Below, piece by piece: positions 29,000-37,554 of a DNA stretch of 45,623 bases (position 1 is the first letter of the stretch; each line of letters begins with the position of its first letter). The position numbers and the translations under genes are program-made. Location: assembly GCA_024402735.1 (NCBI GenBank), contig JAKSTE010000001.1, forward strand, positions 1 to 45,623. Reading direction: 5' to 3'. The notes beneath the pieces were generated by a model. That model made no database searches and was not told the origin of the DNA. It saw only the letters and a list, made by a program, of their open reading frames with translations. The DNA comes from Alphaproteobacteria bacterium. Lineage in GTDB: Bacteria; Pseudomonadota; Alphaproteobacteria; Rs-D84.

Positions 29000-29020
29000 A
29001 AAAAACGGCGCTCACGCGCC
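29000..29020 (-). terminator. Attenuator-type terminator in the ileS leader
   Basis: The minus strand reads GGCGC-GUGA-GCGCC-G-UUUUUU, 20 nt upstream of the ileS ATG. It stands out as a GC-rich island in AT-rich DNA. Confidence 0.5.
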
Positions 29021-29048
29021 CCAGCCACCGCTAAAGCGCAGAGCTGTT

Positions 29049-29078
29049 TTATCTAATAATTATTATCTTTTTGTTCAT
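29049..29078 (-). CDS. Candidate ileS leader peptide MNKKIIIIR
   Basis: ATG AAC AAA AAG ATA ATA ATT ATT AGA TAA. The stop lies 2 nt before the GC-rich hairpins, and the ATG sits at the predicted TSS of the promoter at 29086-29114. Confidence 0.4.
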   Translation of the reverse strand: MNKKIIIIR

Positions 29079-29085
29079 GGATATA

Positions 29086-29114
29086 TTTATACAATGAAAA
29101 ACACGAAATATCAA
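29086..29114 (-). promoter_or_regulatory. Sigma70-like promoter TTGATA-N17-TATAAA for the ileS leader
   Basis: -35 at 29114-29109 and -10 at 29091-29086. The predicted TSS falls within 1-2 nt of the mini-ORF ATG at 29078. Confidence 0.4.
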
Positions 29115-29142
29115 GCTGATTCAATTCTTTTTTATAAATTTG

Positions 29143-29170
29143 TTGACAAAACAAAACATTCTGTCATAAT
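29143..29170 (+). promoter_or_regulatory. Near-consensus promoter TTGACA-N16-CATAAT
   Basis: Hexamers at 29143-29148 and 29165-29170, 23 nt upstream of the ATG at 29193. Confidence 0.5.
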
Positions 29171-29192
29171 CAGCAGGCAAAAAAGGTTATAT

Positions 29193-29459
29193 ATGTCAAT
29201 AGTGTCAGAAAAAGATTTTGAAATTTTATCTAACAGGATAAAGGAAGATACTTTATCTGTTGTTGCTGATGCAACTTGTCAGATGTATCGTACAAAGAAA
29301 AACGATATGGGAATAATTGTTTCTAAAGACAAAAACAATAAGGTGTTAAAAGTAATAGTTTCTGGCAAAGGATTAAAATTATTTGAAAACGAATATGCTG
29401 AAAAGCTAGCTAAAATTTGTGAACAGCGTATAAAAGCAGTTAAACAAAATATAAAATAG
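29193..29459 (+). CDS. Hypothetical 88-aa protein
   Basis: ATG at 29193 with AAAAGG 8 nt upstream and a consensus promoter. The longer 121-aa version (29094) would overlap the promoter itself and the ileS leader promoter. Confidence 0.55.
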   Translation: MSIVSEKDFEILSNRIKEDTLSVVADATCQMYRTKKNDMGIIVSKDKNNKVLKVIVSGKGLKLFENEYAEKLAKICEQRIKAVKQNIK

Positions 29460-29470
29460 GAGGTATATCC

Positions 29471-29617
29471 ATGTGTACATGGCAAGAATGTTGTTATAGA
29501 TCAATAAAACATGGATTTAATACTTGTCCTATATGTGGTACAGTCTTAAACGAAGCAGCTGCTCTTCAGGAAAAACAAGAAAAATTAAATAGATTATCTG
29601 CAGAACACCAAAGATAA
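29471..29617 (+). CDS. 48-aa zinc-ribbon-like protein
   Basis: Not in the ORF track. TAGGAGGT SD 7 nt upstream. It translates MCTWQECCYRSIKHGFNTCPICGTVLNEAAALQEKQEKLNRLSAEHQR (CxxxxCC...CPxC). Confidence 0.5.
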   Translation: MCTWQECCYRSIKHGFNTCPICGTVLNEAAALQEKQEKLNRLSAEHQR

Positions 29618-29643
29618 TATATTGATAAAAAAGTAATGAAAAA

Positions 29644-29666
29644 GCCGGTAAATACCGGTATTTTTT
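29644..29666 (+). terminator. Rho-independent terminator (GCCGGTAAATACCGGTA + T6)
   Basis: Hairpin at 29645-29658 followed by TTTTTT. Abuts the 3' end of the convergent tRNA-Thr. Confidence 0.55.
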
Positions 29667-29670
29667 ATTG

Positions 29671-29746
29671 TGGTGCCGGAAACAGGAGTCGGACCTGCGA
29701 CCTTTGCATTACGAATGCACTGCTCTACCAACTGAGCTATTCCGGC
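29671..29746 (-). tRNA. tRNA-Thr (CGU)
   Basis: 76 nt, collinear with E. coli tRNA-Thr(CGU). Acceptor GCCGGAA/TTCCGGC, loop UUCGUAA, encoded CCA. The T-loop reads UCCGACU (C at position 55). Confidence 0.85.
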
Positions 29747-29827
29747 GTTCCTGAAAGAATATAATATATATTTTTTATGTTTTCCATATTTTATTATTTT
29801 GATATTTATAAAAAAAGACGAAATTTT

Positions 29828-31477
29828 CTAGTTAGAACTTTTTATTTTATGTAAAACAACCATTATACCAGCTGGTGTTATACCTGGTATTCTTGATAAA
29901 GCAGCAATGTTTTCAGGACGGGGTTTTGTTAGTTTTTCTATTAGCTCGTTTGTTAAACCAGATAAAGATTTATAATTCATATTTGCTGGTATTTTTAACT
30001 CCAAATCACGTTTATATGTTGCGATCTCTCTTTCATTACGAGCAATGTATCCAGCATAAAATTTATCGTTTTCTACAGCTATAGTTTCTTTTAAATCTTT
30101 TATTTTTTTATGCCATTCTGGTGTTATTAATTTTAACCTTTCTGCTATATTACCAAGGCGTATAATCGCATTATCTGCACGTATATTTAGTCTGTATTCG
30201 GCACGTGATGTAAACATACGATATGGTTCGTCTACACCTAATGTTGTTATATCATCAATTAATACACCAATCATAGAGTTTGTTCTGTCTAGTACCAAAA
30301 TATCTTCTTTTAATGCATATGCAGCAGCATTTGCGCCTGCTACTAAACCTTGTGCAGCAGCTTCTTCGTATCCACTAGTACCATTAATTTGTCCTGCAAA
30401 AAATAAGCCATTAATATCTTTAGATTCTAAAGTTGTTTTTAATGTTCTTGCATCAATAGCATCATATTCTATTGCATAACCGTATCTTGCTATACGAGCG
30501 TTTTCTAATCCTGGTATTGTTCTTATCCATATATCTTGGATATCTGATCCGAAACTTGTTGATATACCGTTTGGATAGATTAATTCACTATTTAATCCTT
30601 CTGGTTCCAAAAATACATGATGTGTTTTATGTTCTGGAAAACGCATAACTTTATCTTCTAAAGAAGGACAATAACGAGGACCCAACCCACGAATATCACC
30701 ATTGTACATAGGTGCGTTTTTTATATTTTCTCTAATAATATCGTGTGTAGTTTCTGTTGTATGTGTAATAAAACAGTTTTCAGAATATGTATTTGTTAAA
30801 TCGCCATCTGCAAACCAATCATGAGGATTGTCTCCTGGTTGTGTTTCGCATACAGAAAAGTCTATAGAATCACGATATATTCTTGAAGGGGTCCCTGTTT
30901 TTAATCTTAATAATTCAAACCCCGCTTCTTTTAATATATTAGAAATTTTATTGTCGTTATTTTGATATTCACCATTATCCATTAAACGGCCAGATGGAAT
31001 TTTTTCACTTCCGCGTGTTACTAATCCGCCTAAAAAAGTACCTGTTGTTAACACAATAGATTTTGAAGAATATTTATTATTTATAATTCTGTTTTTTAAA
31101 TCTAATTCTTCAACAGGTTCAAATAATACAGTTAAGTTTTCTGTATTATTCAAAATATCCATAACAGCATTATGATATAAATTTCTATCTATTTGGGCTC
31201 TTAAAGCTTGAGTTGCAGCCCCATGTGATGCATTAAGGGTTCTCCAATGAATACCAGATCTGTCTGATGCTTTTGGCATAACCCCGCCCATCGCACACAT
31301 TTCTGCAACCATTTGAGATTTTCCAGGACCTCCTATGCTTGGGTTACAGGACATGGCGCCTATATCAGATTCACGCATTGTTAATAATAGTGTTTTTGCA
31401 CCACGTCTAGCAGATGCAGCGGCTGCTTCTGTACCAGCGTGTCCACCACCAATAACAATAACGTCAAACTCTTGCAT
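29828..31477 (-). CDS. mnmG: tRNA uridine 5-carboxymethylaminomethyl modification enzyme MnmG (shortened)
   Basis: [72 protein letters not shown]. Confidence 0.9.
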   Translation of the reverse strand: MQEFDVIVIGGGHAGTEAAAASARRGAKTLLLTMRESDIGAMSCNPSIGGPGKSQMVAEMCAMGGVMPKASDRSGIHWRTLNASHGAATQALRAQIDRNLYHNAVMDILNNTENLTVLFEPVEELDLKNRIINNKYSSKSIVLTTGTFLGGLVTRGSEKIPSGRLMDNGEYQNNDNKISNILKEAGFELLRLKTGTPSRIYRDSIDFSVCETQPGDNPHDWFADGDLTNTYSENCFITHTTETTHDIIRENIKNAPMYNGDIRGLGPRYCPSLEDKVMRFPEHKTHHVFLEPEGLNSELIYPNGISTSFGSDIQDIWIRTIPGLENARIARYGYAIEYDAIDARTLKTTLESKDINGLFFAGQINGTSGYEEAAAQGLVAGANAAAYALKEDILVLDRTNSMIGVLIDDITTLGVDEPYRMFTSRAEYRLNIRADNAIIRLGNIAERLKLITPEWHKKIKDLKETIAVENDKFYAGYIARNEREIATYKRDLELKIPANMNYKSLSGLTNELIEKLTKPRPENIAALSRIPGITPAGIMVVLHKIKSSN

Positions 31478-32205
31478 TAAAAACGTCCCATTGCACCATT
31501 AACATGGATAACTTGTCCGTTAATATAAGAAGCTTCATCTGATGCCAAGAATACACATACATTAGCAATATCATCAGGAGTTCCAAAACGACCAGCCGGT
31601 ATTTGTTCTAGATATTTCTTTTTTAAGTCTTCTGGTAAAACATCTGTCATAGGTGTTTGTATAAAACCTGGGGCTATAGCGTTAGCTGTAATTCCACGAG
31701 AAGCAACTTCAGCGGCTATGGATTTGGTTAATGCGATTAAACCACCTTTAGAAGCAGCATAGTTTGCTTGGCCTGCTCCACCAATAGCACCAATGATTGA
31801 TGCCATGTTTATAATACGGCCAAAACGATTTTTCATCATTGGTAAAACCGCAGCACGGCATGTTTTAAAAGATGCACGTAAGTTTGTGTTTAATACATTA
31901 TCAAATTGTTCGTCAGACATACGCATTAATAATGTGTCCATAGTTATACCAGCATTATTAATTAATATGTCTAATTTACCTGCTTTTTCTATTGTTTTTG
32001 TTATTAAATCATTTGCGCCAGTTTCTGAAGATAAATCACATGGAATTTTTATAAATTCATCGCCAAATTCTGATTCCATTTTTGCAACATTACGACCAGA
32101 TACAACAACTGTTGCTCCTGCCTCTTTCATTTTTTTTGCAATTGCACCACCAATACCACCCGTTGCACCAGTAATAAGAACAACTTTTTCTTTTAAGTCA
32201 AACAT
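31477..32205 (-). CDS. fabG: 3-oxoacyl-ACP reductase
   Basis: [43 protein letters not shown]. Confidence 0.9.
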   Translation of the reverse strand: MFDLKEKVVLITGATGGIGGAIAKKMKEAGATVVVSGRNVAKMESEFGDEFIKIPCDLSSETGANDLITKTIEKAGKLDILINNAGITMDTLLMRMSDEQFDNVLNTNLRASFKTCRAAVLPMMKNRFGRIINMASIIGAIGGAGQANYAASKGGLIALTKSIAAEVASRGITANAIAPGFIQTPMTDVLPEDLKKKYLEQIPAGRFGTPDDIANVCVFLASDEASYINGQVIHVNGAMGRF

Positions 32206-32207
32206 AG

Positions 32208-33083
32208 TTATATCTCCAATTTATGTGCGTTAATTTTATCTGTTATACGACTAGCTAACCCAGTTAAAACATTACCTGGACCTATTTCTGTCATGTCATC
32301 TATTCCTAAAGAAACCATGTTTAAAACAGATTCTCTCCAACGAACACCATGGGTCATCTGATATATTAAAGCGTCTTTGATTTCGTTTGTGTCTGTCATA
32401 GATTGTGCTGTTTTATTTGATATAAAAGTTGCTTTAGGTGTTTGTATTTTTACTGTAGATAGTACTTCTTGCATTTTTTCTGCACTATGAATTTGTACTC
32501 TACAATGTACTGGTGCCGACAAGGCAAGAGGCATAACTCTTCTAGCTCCAGCCTCTTTTAATTTTTCCATTACTGGTTCAATAGTTTCTTTCATACCAGA
32601 TATAACAACCTGGCCGGGACAATTATCGTTTGCGACATCAGCATCATATTTAGCACAAATATCTTTTACTGTTTCTATATCTAAACCTAAAACAACAGCC
32701 GTGATTCCAGAACCTGCTGGAGCGGCGTTTTGCATTGCTTCTCCACGAGCTCTTAAAAGTTTTGCCGCATCTGATAAAGATATAGCATCGGCTGCACATA
32801 GAGCTGTGTATTCTCCAAGAGAATGTCCTGCTACATATTCTGGAAGAGGTAATTCAGATGCTCGTAACATAGCTATAGATGTTGCCATAATAGCTGGTTG
32901 AACATTTGCTGTTAATGTTAATTCTTCCATTGGACCATTAAAAATTAATTCTGATAATTTCTGGTTTAAAGCATCATCTACTTCATCAAATACACGTTTA
33001 GCAACAGGGTTGGTTTTATATAATTCATATCCCATTCCAACTGTTTGTGCTCCTTGACCAGGAAATACAAATATAGAAGACAT
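32208..33083 (-). CDS. fabD: Malonyl-CoA:ACP transacylase
   Basis: FVFPGQGAQ, GHSLGEY, RW..SV motifs. Precedes fabG. Confidence 0.9.
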   Translation of the reverse strand: MSSIFVFPGQGAQTVGMGYELYKTNPVAKRVFDEVDDALNQKLSELIFNGPMEELTLTANVQPAIMATSIAMLRASELPLPEYVAGHSLGEYTALCAADAISLSDAAKLLRARGEAMQNAAPAGSGITAVVLGLDIETVKDICAKYDADVANDNCPGQVVISGMKETIEPVMEKLKEAGARRVMPLALSAPVHCRVQIHSAEKMQEVLSTVKIQTPKATFISNKTAQSMTDTNEIKDALIYQMTHGVRWRESVLNMVSLGIDDMTEIGPGNVLTGLASRITDKINAHKLEI

Positions 33084-33110
33084 ATTAAGTCCTTTGTTGT
33101 GTATGAATTT

Positions 33111-33138
33111 ATTATACTAGTAAAAAAACGCTTCGCAA
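33111..33138 (-). promoter_or_regulatory. Promoter TTGCGA-N16-TATAAT for fabD-fabG-mnmG
   Basis: -35 at 33138-33133 and -10 at 33116-33111, about 28 nt upstream of the fabD ATG. Confidence 0.45.
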
Positions 33139-33161
33139 ATATATTCTATTTATAGAAAATA

Positions 33162-33701
33162 TCATTGTTTTCTTATACTAAATTCACAACCACAATAATT
33201 TTGACGATAAAAATCTGTATTGTGATTAATATCTTGTCTTAATTGTTCGTTCCATTTGATTGGAAGATATGGAACTTTTGTACAAGATTGGTTTCCTGCT
33301 GTATCAACCTGGTGCTGATCTTTGTGCTTAGAAACCCCAAATACTGTAGATATGGCATTATATCCGTGTTTTATAGCAAATTGTTGTGCGTAGCAAAATC
33401 TATATGCAAAACATTTACTACAACGTTTTCCTCTTTCTGGTTCTGTTTCTAGACCTTTTATTTCTTTTTTCCAATCTTCATGATCGTATTCACCAATAAA
33501 ATATTTAACGCCAAGCTTTTCACAGTATTTTATCTGTTCTTGTAAACGTTTTTGATATTCTGTGTCTGGATAAATATTAGGGTTAAAAAATAAAACGATA
33601 AAGTCTTCTATGTCCGGTATTTCATTGTTTACCAATTGTTGAATCGCTCCACATGAACATGGAGCACAGCAGGATGTTAAAACGAGTTTTATTTTTGGCA
33701 T
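33162..33701 (-). CDS. queH: Epoxyqueuosine reductase QueH (DUF208)
   Basis: SCCAPCS, FFNPNIYP..EY, RC..C...R, YRQNYCGCEFS. Confidence 0.8.
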   Translation of the reverse strand: MPKIKLVLTSCCAPCSCGAIQQLVNNEIPDIEDFIVLFFNPNIYPDTEYQKRLQEQIKYCEKLGVKYFIGEYDHEDWKKEIKGLETEPERGKRCSKCFAYRFCYAQQFAIKHGYNAISTVFGVSKHKDQHQVDTAGNQSCTKVPYLPIKWNEQLRQDINHNTDFYRQNYCGCEFSIRKQ

Positions 33702-33988
33702 TGGTTTCTTGAATATTTATCGAATATCGAGAGTATTGTTTTTATTGAACCAAAATTTTTTTGTATAAAAAATTGATTGTCTACAAAAGCATCAACGTGT
33801 CCACATATATAAATGTTGTTAGATGATAATATATCATGACAAATAGCACACGTTCGTTTCTTTTCACAATGATGTCTGCATTTGGTTCTATTTATACATT
33901 GTGGACACGAAAAATGTCCAAGACATTTACTGGTTTTAAAATCGTATATACGAATATCTTTTATAGAAAGAAGCGTTTGTTTTGACAT
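33689..33988 (-). CDS. Cys/His-rich 99-aa protein of unknown function
   Basis: CPQC-x5-CRHHC-x5-CAIC...CGH. TAATG overlap with the metG stop and 13-nt overlap with the queH start. Confidence 0.5.
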   Translation of the reverse strand: MSKQTLLSIKDIRIYDFKTSKCLGHFSCPQCINRTKCRHHCEKKRTCAICHDILSSNNIYICGHVDAFVDNQFFIQKNFGSIKTILSIFDKYSRNQCQK

Positions 33989-35964
33989 TAAAACTTTTGT
34001 CCTATTTTATAGTTATCTTTTATTTCGTATAAATTATTTGCATCTGTTGATACACCAAGTTCTTCACCGCTACAAAGCATACCGGCAGATTCTACTCCAA
34101 CAACATTTCGTGGTTTTATTGGTTTGTTTGTTTTGGGTAATATCGCTCCAATTGGTGCAAACACAGCCATCATACCAACATAAATATTTTGTGCACCACA
34201 AACAACATCATGTACGCTTGTTCCGTCATCTACTTTTAAAACGTGTAGATTATCACGATTAGGGTGTTTTTTGATATCTGTTATTTTTACTACTGTTAAA
34301 CAAGGTGTGTTTTTGTTTTTAGTAGAATATTTTTCTGTTAATTGTTGTATTTTTGTTTCGTCTATTTTTTCAAATAGATTTTCTGGAATTACAAATTCTT
34401 CACCATCTTTTATTCGTGTTTCAAATGATGTTGGCCAAGACAAATCATTATTTGTTTGGAATATGTTTTTCATTTTTTCTGCTGTATCAGGAATAAATGG
34501 TGCAGAAATACGAGAATACAAATCTATTAATTGAAAACATGTATTTAAGACATGTTCCGCTTCTAAAGTTTTGTCTTCTTTAACTAGTGTCCATGGAGCT
34601 TTTTCTGTCATGTATTCATTTCCGATAGACCATAAAGAACGAAGAGCAAATATAGATGCTCGTAATTCGCATGCGTCTAACGCATTTGTTAATTCTTTTA
34701 ATTTTTCATTAATTTTATTTGTTAATTCAGTATCAATATTTCCAGAATGTGGAACCTTGTTTCCGAAGTTTTTATCAGATAACTTACATACGCGAGATAC
34801 AAAATTACCTAACATTCCATTTAGGTCTTTATTAACAATATCTGCAAATCTTTCAATTGTAAAATCTGTATCATCTGTCTCTGGTGCTGATGAAATCAAA
34901 GCATAACGCCATACGTCTGAAGGAGCATCTTCTAGTGCTTGATCTAAAAAGATACCGTTTCCTGTAGATTTAGATATTTTTGCACCTTCGAAATTCATAA
35001 AATTGACAGCTTTTAACATATCAACGGTTTTCCATCCGTCGTTAACTGCCAATTCTTGTGCAGGGAAAAAGACAGAATGGAATGATACATTATCTTTTCC
35101 CATAAATTGTGTGTAATGACAATCTGGGTTTTTCCACCAAGATGCCCAATCATCTGTTGCAGCTTGAGATATAGAAACGTATCCCCATGGCGCATCAAAC
35201 CATACGTAAAACACTTTGTTTTCATATCCTGGTTTATTTACTGGAATTCCCCATTTTAAATCACGTGTTATAGGATTGTCTTGTAGACCCTCGTCTAACC
35301 ATTTGTTGGCTATAGCTACAGCTGTTTTTGGCCATCCTTGTCTAGAGTTAATCCATTCTCGTACTTTGTTTTGTACGGCACTTAATTTAAAATATAAATG
35401 TTTTGTTTCTCTCATTTCCACAGGAGAATCTGGGTTCTCTGCACTATGAGGGTTTATTAAATCGGCAGGGTCTAAACTTGTGCCACATTTTTCACATTCG
35501 TTTCCATATGCATGATCATAACCGCACTTTGGACATGTCCCGATTACATATCTATCTGCTAAAAACATATTGTCTTTTACAGAATATGGTTGTACAGAAG
35601 TTTTTTCTACGATCATATTTTCTGCTTCAAGACGATTAAATAATTCGTGTATTAATTTTTCGTGTAATTCTGTGTGTGTTCTTCCATAACGATTAAAAGA
35701 CAAATTAAAATCTTTTACAGACTGTATATGTTTTGCACGATATTTATCTACATATTCTTCTATAGGCATATTTTCTGAACGGGCACCTATTTCGCTTGTT
35801 GTACCATGTTCATCTGAACCACCTATATATAAAACATCACGTCCAATAGCTCGACAAAATCTAGCGTATACATCAGAAGGCAACAAACAACCTATTAAAT
35901 GGCCTATGTGTAATTTGTTATTAACGTATGGTAAAGCTGCTGTTATAAGATATTTTTGAGCCAT
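33988..35964 (-). CDS. metG: Methionine--tRNA ligase with C-terminal tRNA-binding (Trbp111-like) domain
   Basis: ALPYVNNKLHIGH (HIGH), KISKS, Zn knuckles CPKCG...CEKCG, C-terminal VCGAQN...GVESAGMLCS. Confidence 0.95.
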   Translation of the reverse strand: MAQKYLITAALPYVNNKLHIGHLIGCLLPSDVYARFCRAIGRDVLYIGGSDEHGTTSEIGARSENMPIEEYVDKYRAKHIQSVKDFNLSFNRYGRTHTELHEKLIHELFNRLEAENMIVEKTSVQPYSVKDNMFLADRYVIGTCPKCGYDHAYGNECEKCGTSLDPADLINPHSAENPDSPVEMRETKHLYFKLSAVQNKVREWINSRQGWPKTAVAIANKWLDEGLQDNPITRDLKWGIPVNKPGYENKVFYVWFDAPWGYVSISQAATDDWASWWKNPDCHYTQFMGKDNVSFHSVFFPAQELAVNDGWKTVDMLKAVNFMNFEGAKISKSTGNGIFLDQALEDAPSDVWRYALISSAPETDDTDFTIERFADIVNKDLNGMLGNFVSRVCKLSDKNFGNKVPHSGNIDTELTNKINEKLKELTNALDACELRASIFALRSLWSIGNEYMTEKAPWTLVKEDKTLEAEHVLNTCFQLIDLYSRISAPFIPDTAEKMKNIFQTNNDLSWPTSFETRIKDGEEFVIPENLFEKIDETKIQQLTEKYSTKNKNTPCLTVVKITDIKKHPNRDNLHVLKVDDGTSVHDVVCGAQNIYVGMMAVFAPIGAILPKTNKPIKPRNVVGVESAGMLCSGEELGVSTDANNLYEIKDNYKIGQKF

Positions 35965-35981
35965 TGTTTCTTGCCTTTTTT

Positions 35982-36007
35982 ATAAATAAACGCCCAAAAC
36001 GGGCGTT
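35982..36007 (-). terminator. Hairpin AACGCCC-GUUUU-GGGCGUU + UAUUUAU (terminator of tRNA-Val / leader element of metG)
   Basis: GC-rich palindrome at 35989-36007, 24 nt upstream of the metG ATG. Confidence 0.5.
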
Positions 36008-36066
36008 CAAAGAATTCCCCGTCGATGTTTTTTCTAAGATTAATTATACATTCGCATTTTTTAACT

Positions 36067-36144
36067 TTGGTGAGTGGTATTGGGCTCGAACCAACGACCT
36101 CCACGATGTCAACGTGACGCTCTAGCCAACTGAGCTAACCACTC
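36067..36144 (-). tRNA. tRNA-Val (GAC)
   Basis: Acceptor GAGTGGT/ACCACTC, anticodon arm TCACG-TTGACAT-CGTGG, T-arm GTTGG-TTCGAGC-CCAAT, encoded CCA. Confidence 0.85.
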
Positions 36145-36189
36145 AAATTCGAAAAAAATTATAACAACAAAAAACCAGATTGCAAACTA

Positions 36190-37545
36190 TTATTGACCAT
36201 TGTTTTCAGATAAAAATTTTTCCAACCAGTGGTTATCTGTGTTCATTTGTCTAACGTCTTTGTTGTTTAATAATTTTTTTTGTAAAGGTATTGTTGTTTT
36301 TATACCTTCTATCACAAATTCATCTAAAGCTCTTTGCATACGCATTATACATGCTGGTCTGGATTCTGCCAGAACAATCAATTTTGCAATCATAGAATCG
36401 TATGTGGCCGGTATAGTATATCCTGTGTATGCAGCAGAATCAACACGAACACCTAATCCACCAGATGGAGCATATAATGTTATTTTACCTGGATTTGGTA
36501 CAAAAGTATCAGGATCTTCTGCATTTATACGACATTCTATTGCGTGTCCATGTGGGACAACATTAGATTGTGTATAACCAAGTTTTTCACCAGATGCAAT
36601 TCTTATCTGTTCTCTTACGAGATCTATACCATATACCATTTCTGTAATAGGATGTTCAACTTGTAATCTTGTATTAACTTCTAGAAAATAAAACTTTCCG
36701 TCTTCATACATGAATTCAAAGGTACCGGCGTTTACATATTTCATTTTTTTAGCAGCGGCTTTACAAACTTCTATCATGTCGTCGCGTTGCTTTTGTGTTA
36801 ATACTACAGCAGGGCATTCTTCCATTACTTTTTGGTTTTTGCGTTGTAAAGAACAATCTCTTTCACCAAATACAACAACATTACCATGTTGGTCACCCAA
36901 AACTTGAAATTCTATATGACGAGGGTGTAATAATAATTTTTCCATATAAAGAGTATCATCACCAAATGCTGATTTTGCTTCTGCTTTGGTAACATTAAAA
37001 GCTTCTGTTAATTCTTCTGCAGAATTTACAGCGCGCATACCTTTTCCACCACCACCTGAGGCGGCTTTTATCATCACAGGGTAACCTATTTTTTCTGCCC
37101 AAACTTGAGCGTCTTCTAAAGTATCTATAGCTCCTTCGGATCCTGGAACAACAGGCAAACCGCATTTTATTGCTGTTTGTTTAGCATTAACTTTGTCGCC
37201 CATTTGTTTTATTAATTTAGCAGAAGGTCCTATCCAAATTAAATCGTGTTGTTCGACTTTTTCTACAAAATCAGCTCGTTCAGATAAAAAACCATATCCT
37301 GGGTGAATTGCATCAGAATTTGTTAATAATGCTGCTGTTAAAATAGCAGATTCATTTAAATATGATTCGGATGATTGTGCAGGTCCAATACAAACAGATT
37401 CGTCGGCTAACTTAACATGCATAGCGTCTTTATCTGCCGTTGAATATACAGCAACAGTACGGATTCCCATATCACGACAAGCACGAATTATACGTAATGC
37501 AATTTCGCCGCGATTGGCAATTAAAATTTTTTTAATTTGTGACAT
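36190..37545 (-). CDS. accC: Biotin carboxylase
   Basis: KILIANRGEIA, GYGFLSE, ATP-grasp GGGGKGMR, EVNTRLQVEHP. Confidence 0.95.
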   Translation of the reverse strand: MSQIKKILIANRGEIALRIIRACRDMGIRTVAVYSTADKDAMHVKLADESVCIGPAQSSESYLNESAILTAALLTNSDAIHPGYGFLSERADFVEKVEQHDLIWIGPSAKLIKQMGDKVNAKQTAIKCGLPVVPGSEGAIDTLEDAQVWAEKIGYPVMIKAASGGGGKGMRAVNSAEELTEAFNVTKAEAKSAFGDDTLYMEKLLLHPRHIEFQVLGDQHGNVVVFGERDCSLQRKNQKVMEECPAVVLTQKQRDDMIEVCKAAAKKMKYVNAGTFEFMYEDGKFYFLEVNTRLQVEHPITEMVYGIDLVREQIRIASGEKLGYTQSNVVPHGHAIECRINAEDPDTFVPNPGKITLYAPSGGLGVRVDSAAYTGYTIPATYDSMIAKLIVLAESRPACIMRMQRALDEFVIEGIKTTIPLQKKLLNNKDVRQMNTDNHWLEKFLSENNGQ

Positions 37546-37554
37546 AGGAAAGAC

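Noticed and set aside
28981-29028. N-terminal extension of ileS (MAGARERRFLYKRFKI) in the ORF track.
   Set aside because: The extension is the translation of the GC-rich hairpin and U-tract. The conserved IleRS N-terminus begins at MTYPKTDPKANF, with an SD-like AAAGG upstream.
29000-29050. T-box riboswitch upstream of ileS, because of the AGCGGUGGCUGG resemblance to the T-box GGUGG core.
   Set aside because: The leader is far too short for Stem I and a specifier loop. The match to the T-box consensus is partial, and UGGC would not match a tRNA-Ile ACCA end.
29094-29192. 121-aa version of the ORF starting at 29094.
   Set aside because: The N-terminal 33 codons would overlap both the consensus promoter at 29143-29170 and the predicted ileS leader promoter. 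The internal ATG at 29193 has an SD and a correctly spaced promoter.
36020-36060. Met-containing mini-ORF (MRMYN) upstream of metG as a leader peptide.
   Set aside because: It has five codons and only one internal Met. It overlaps the probable -10 element and has no SD. It is too weak to call.
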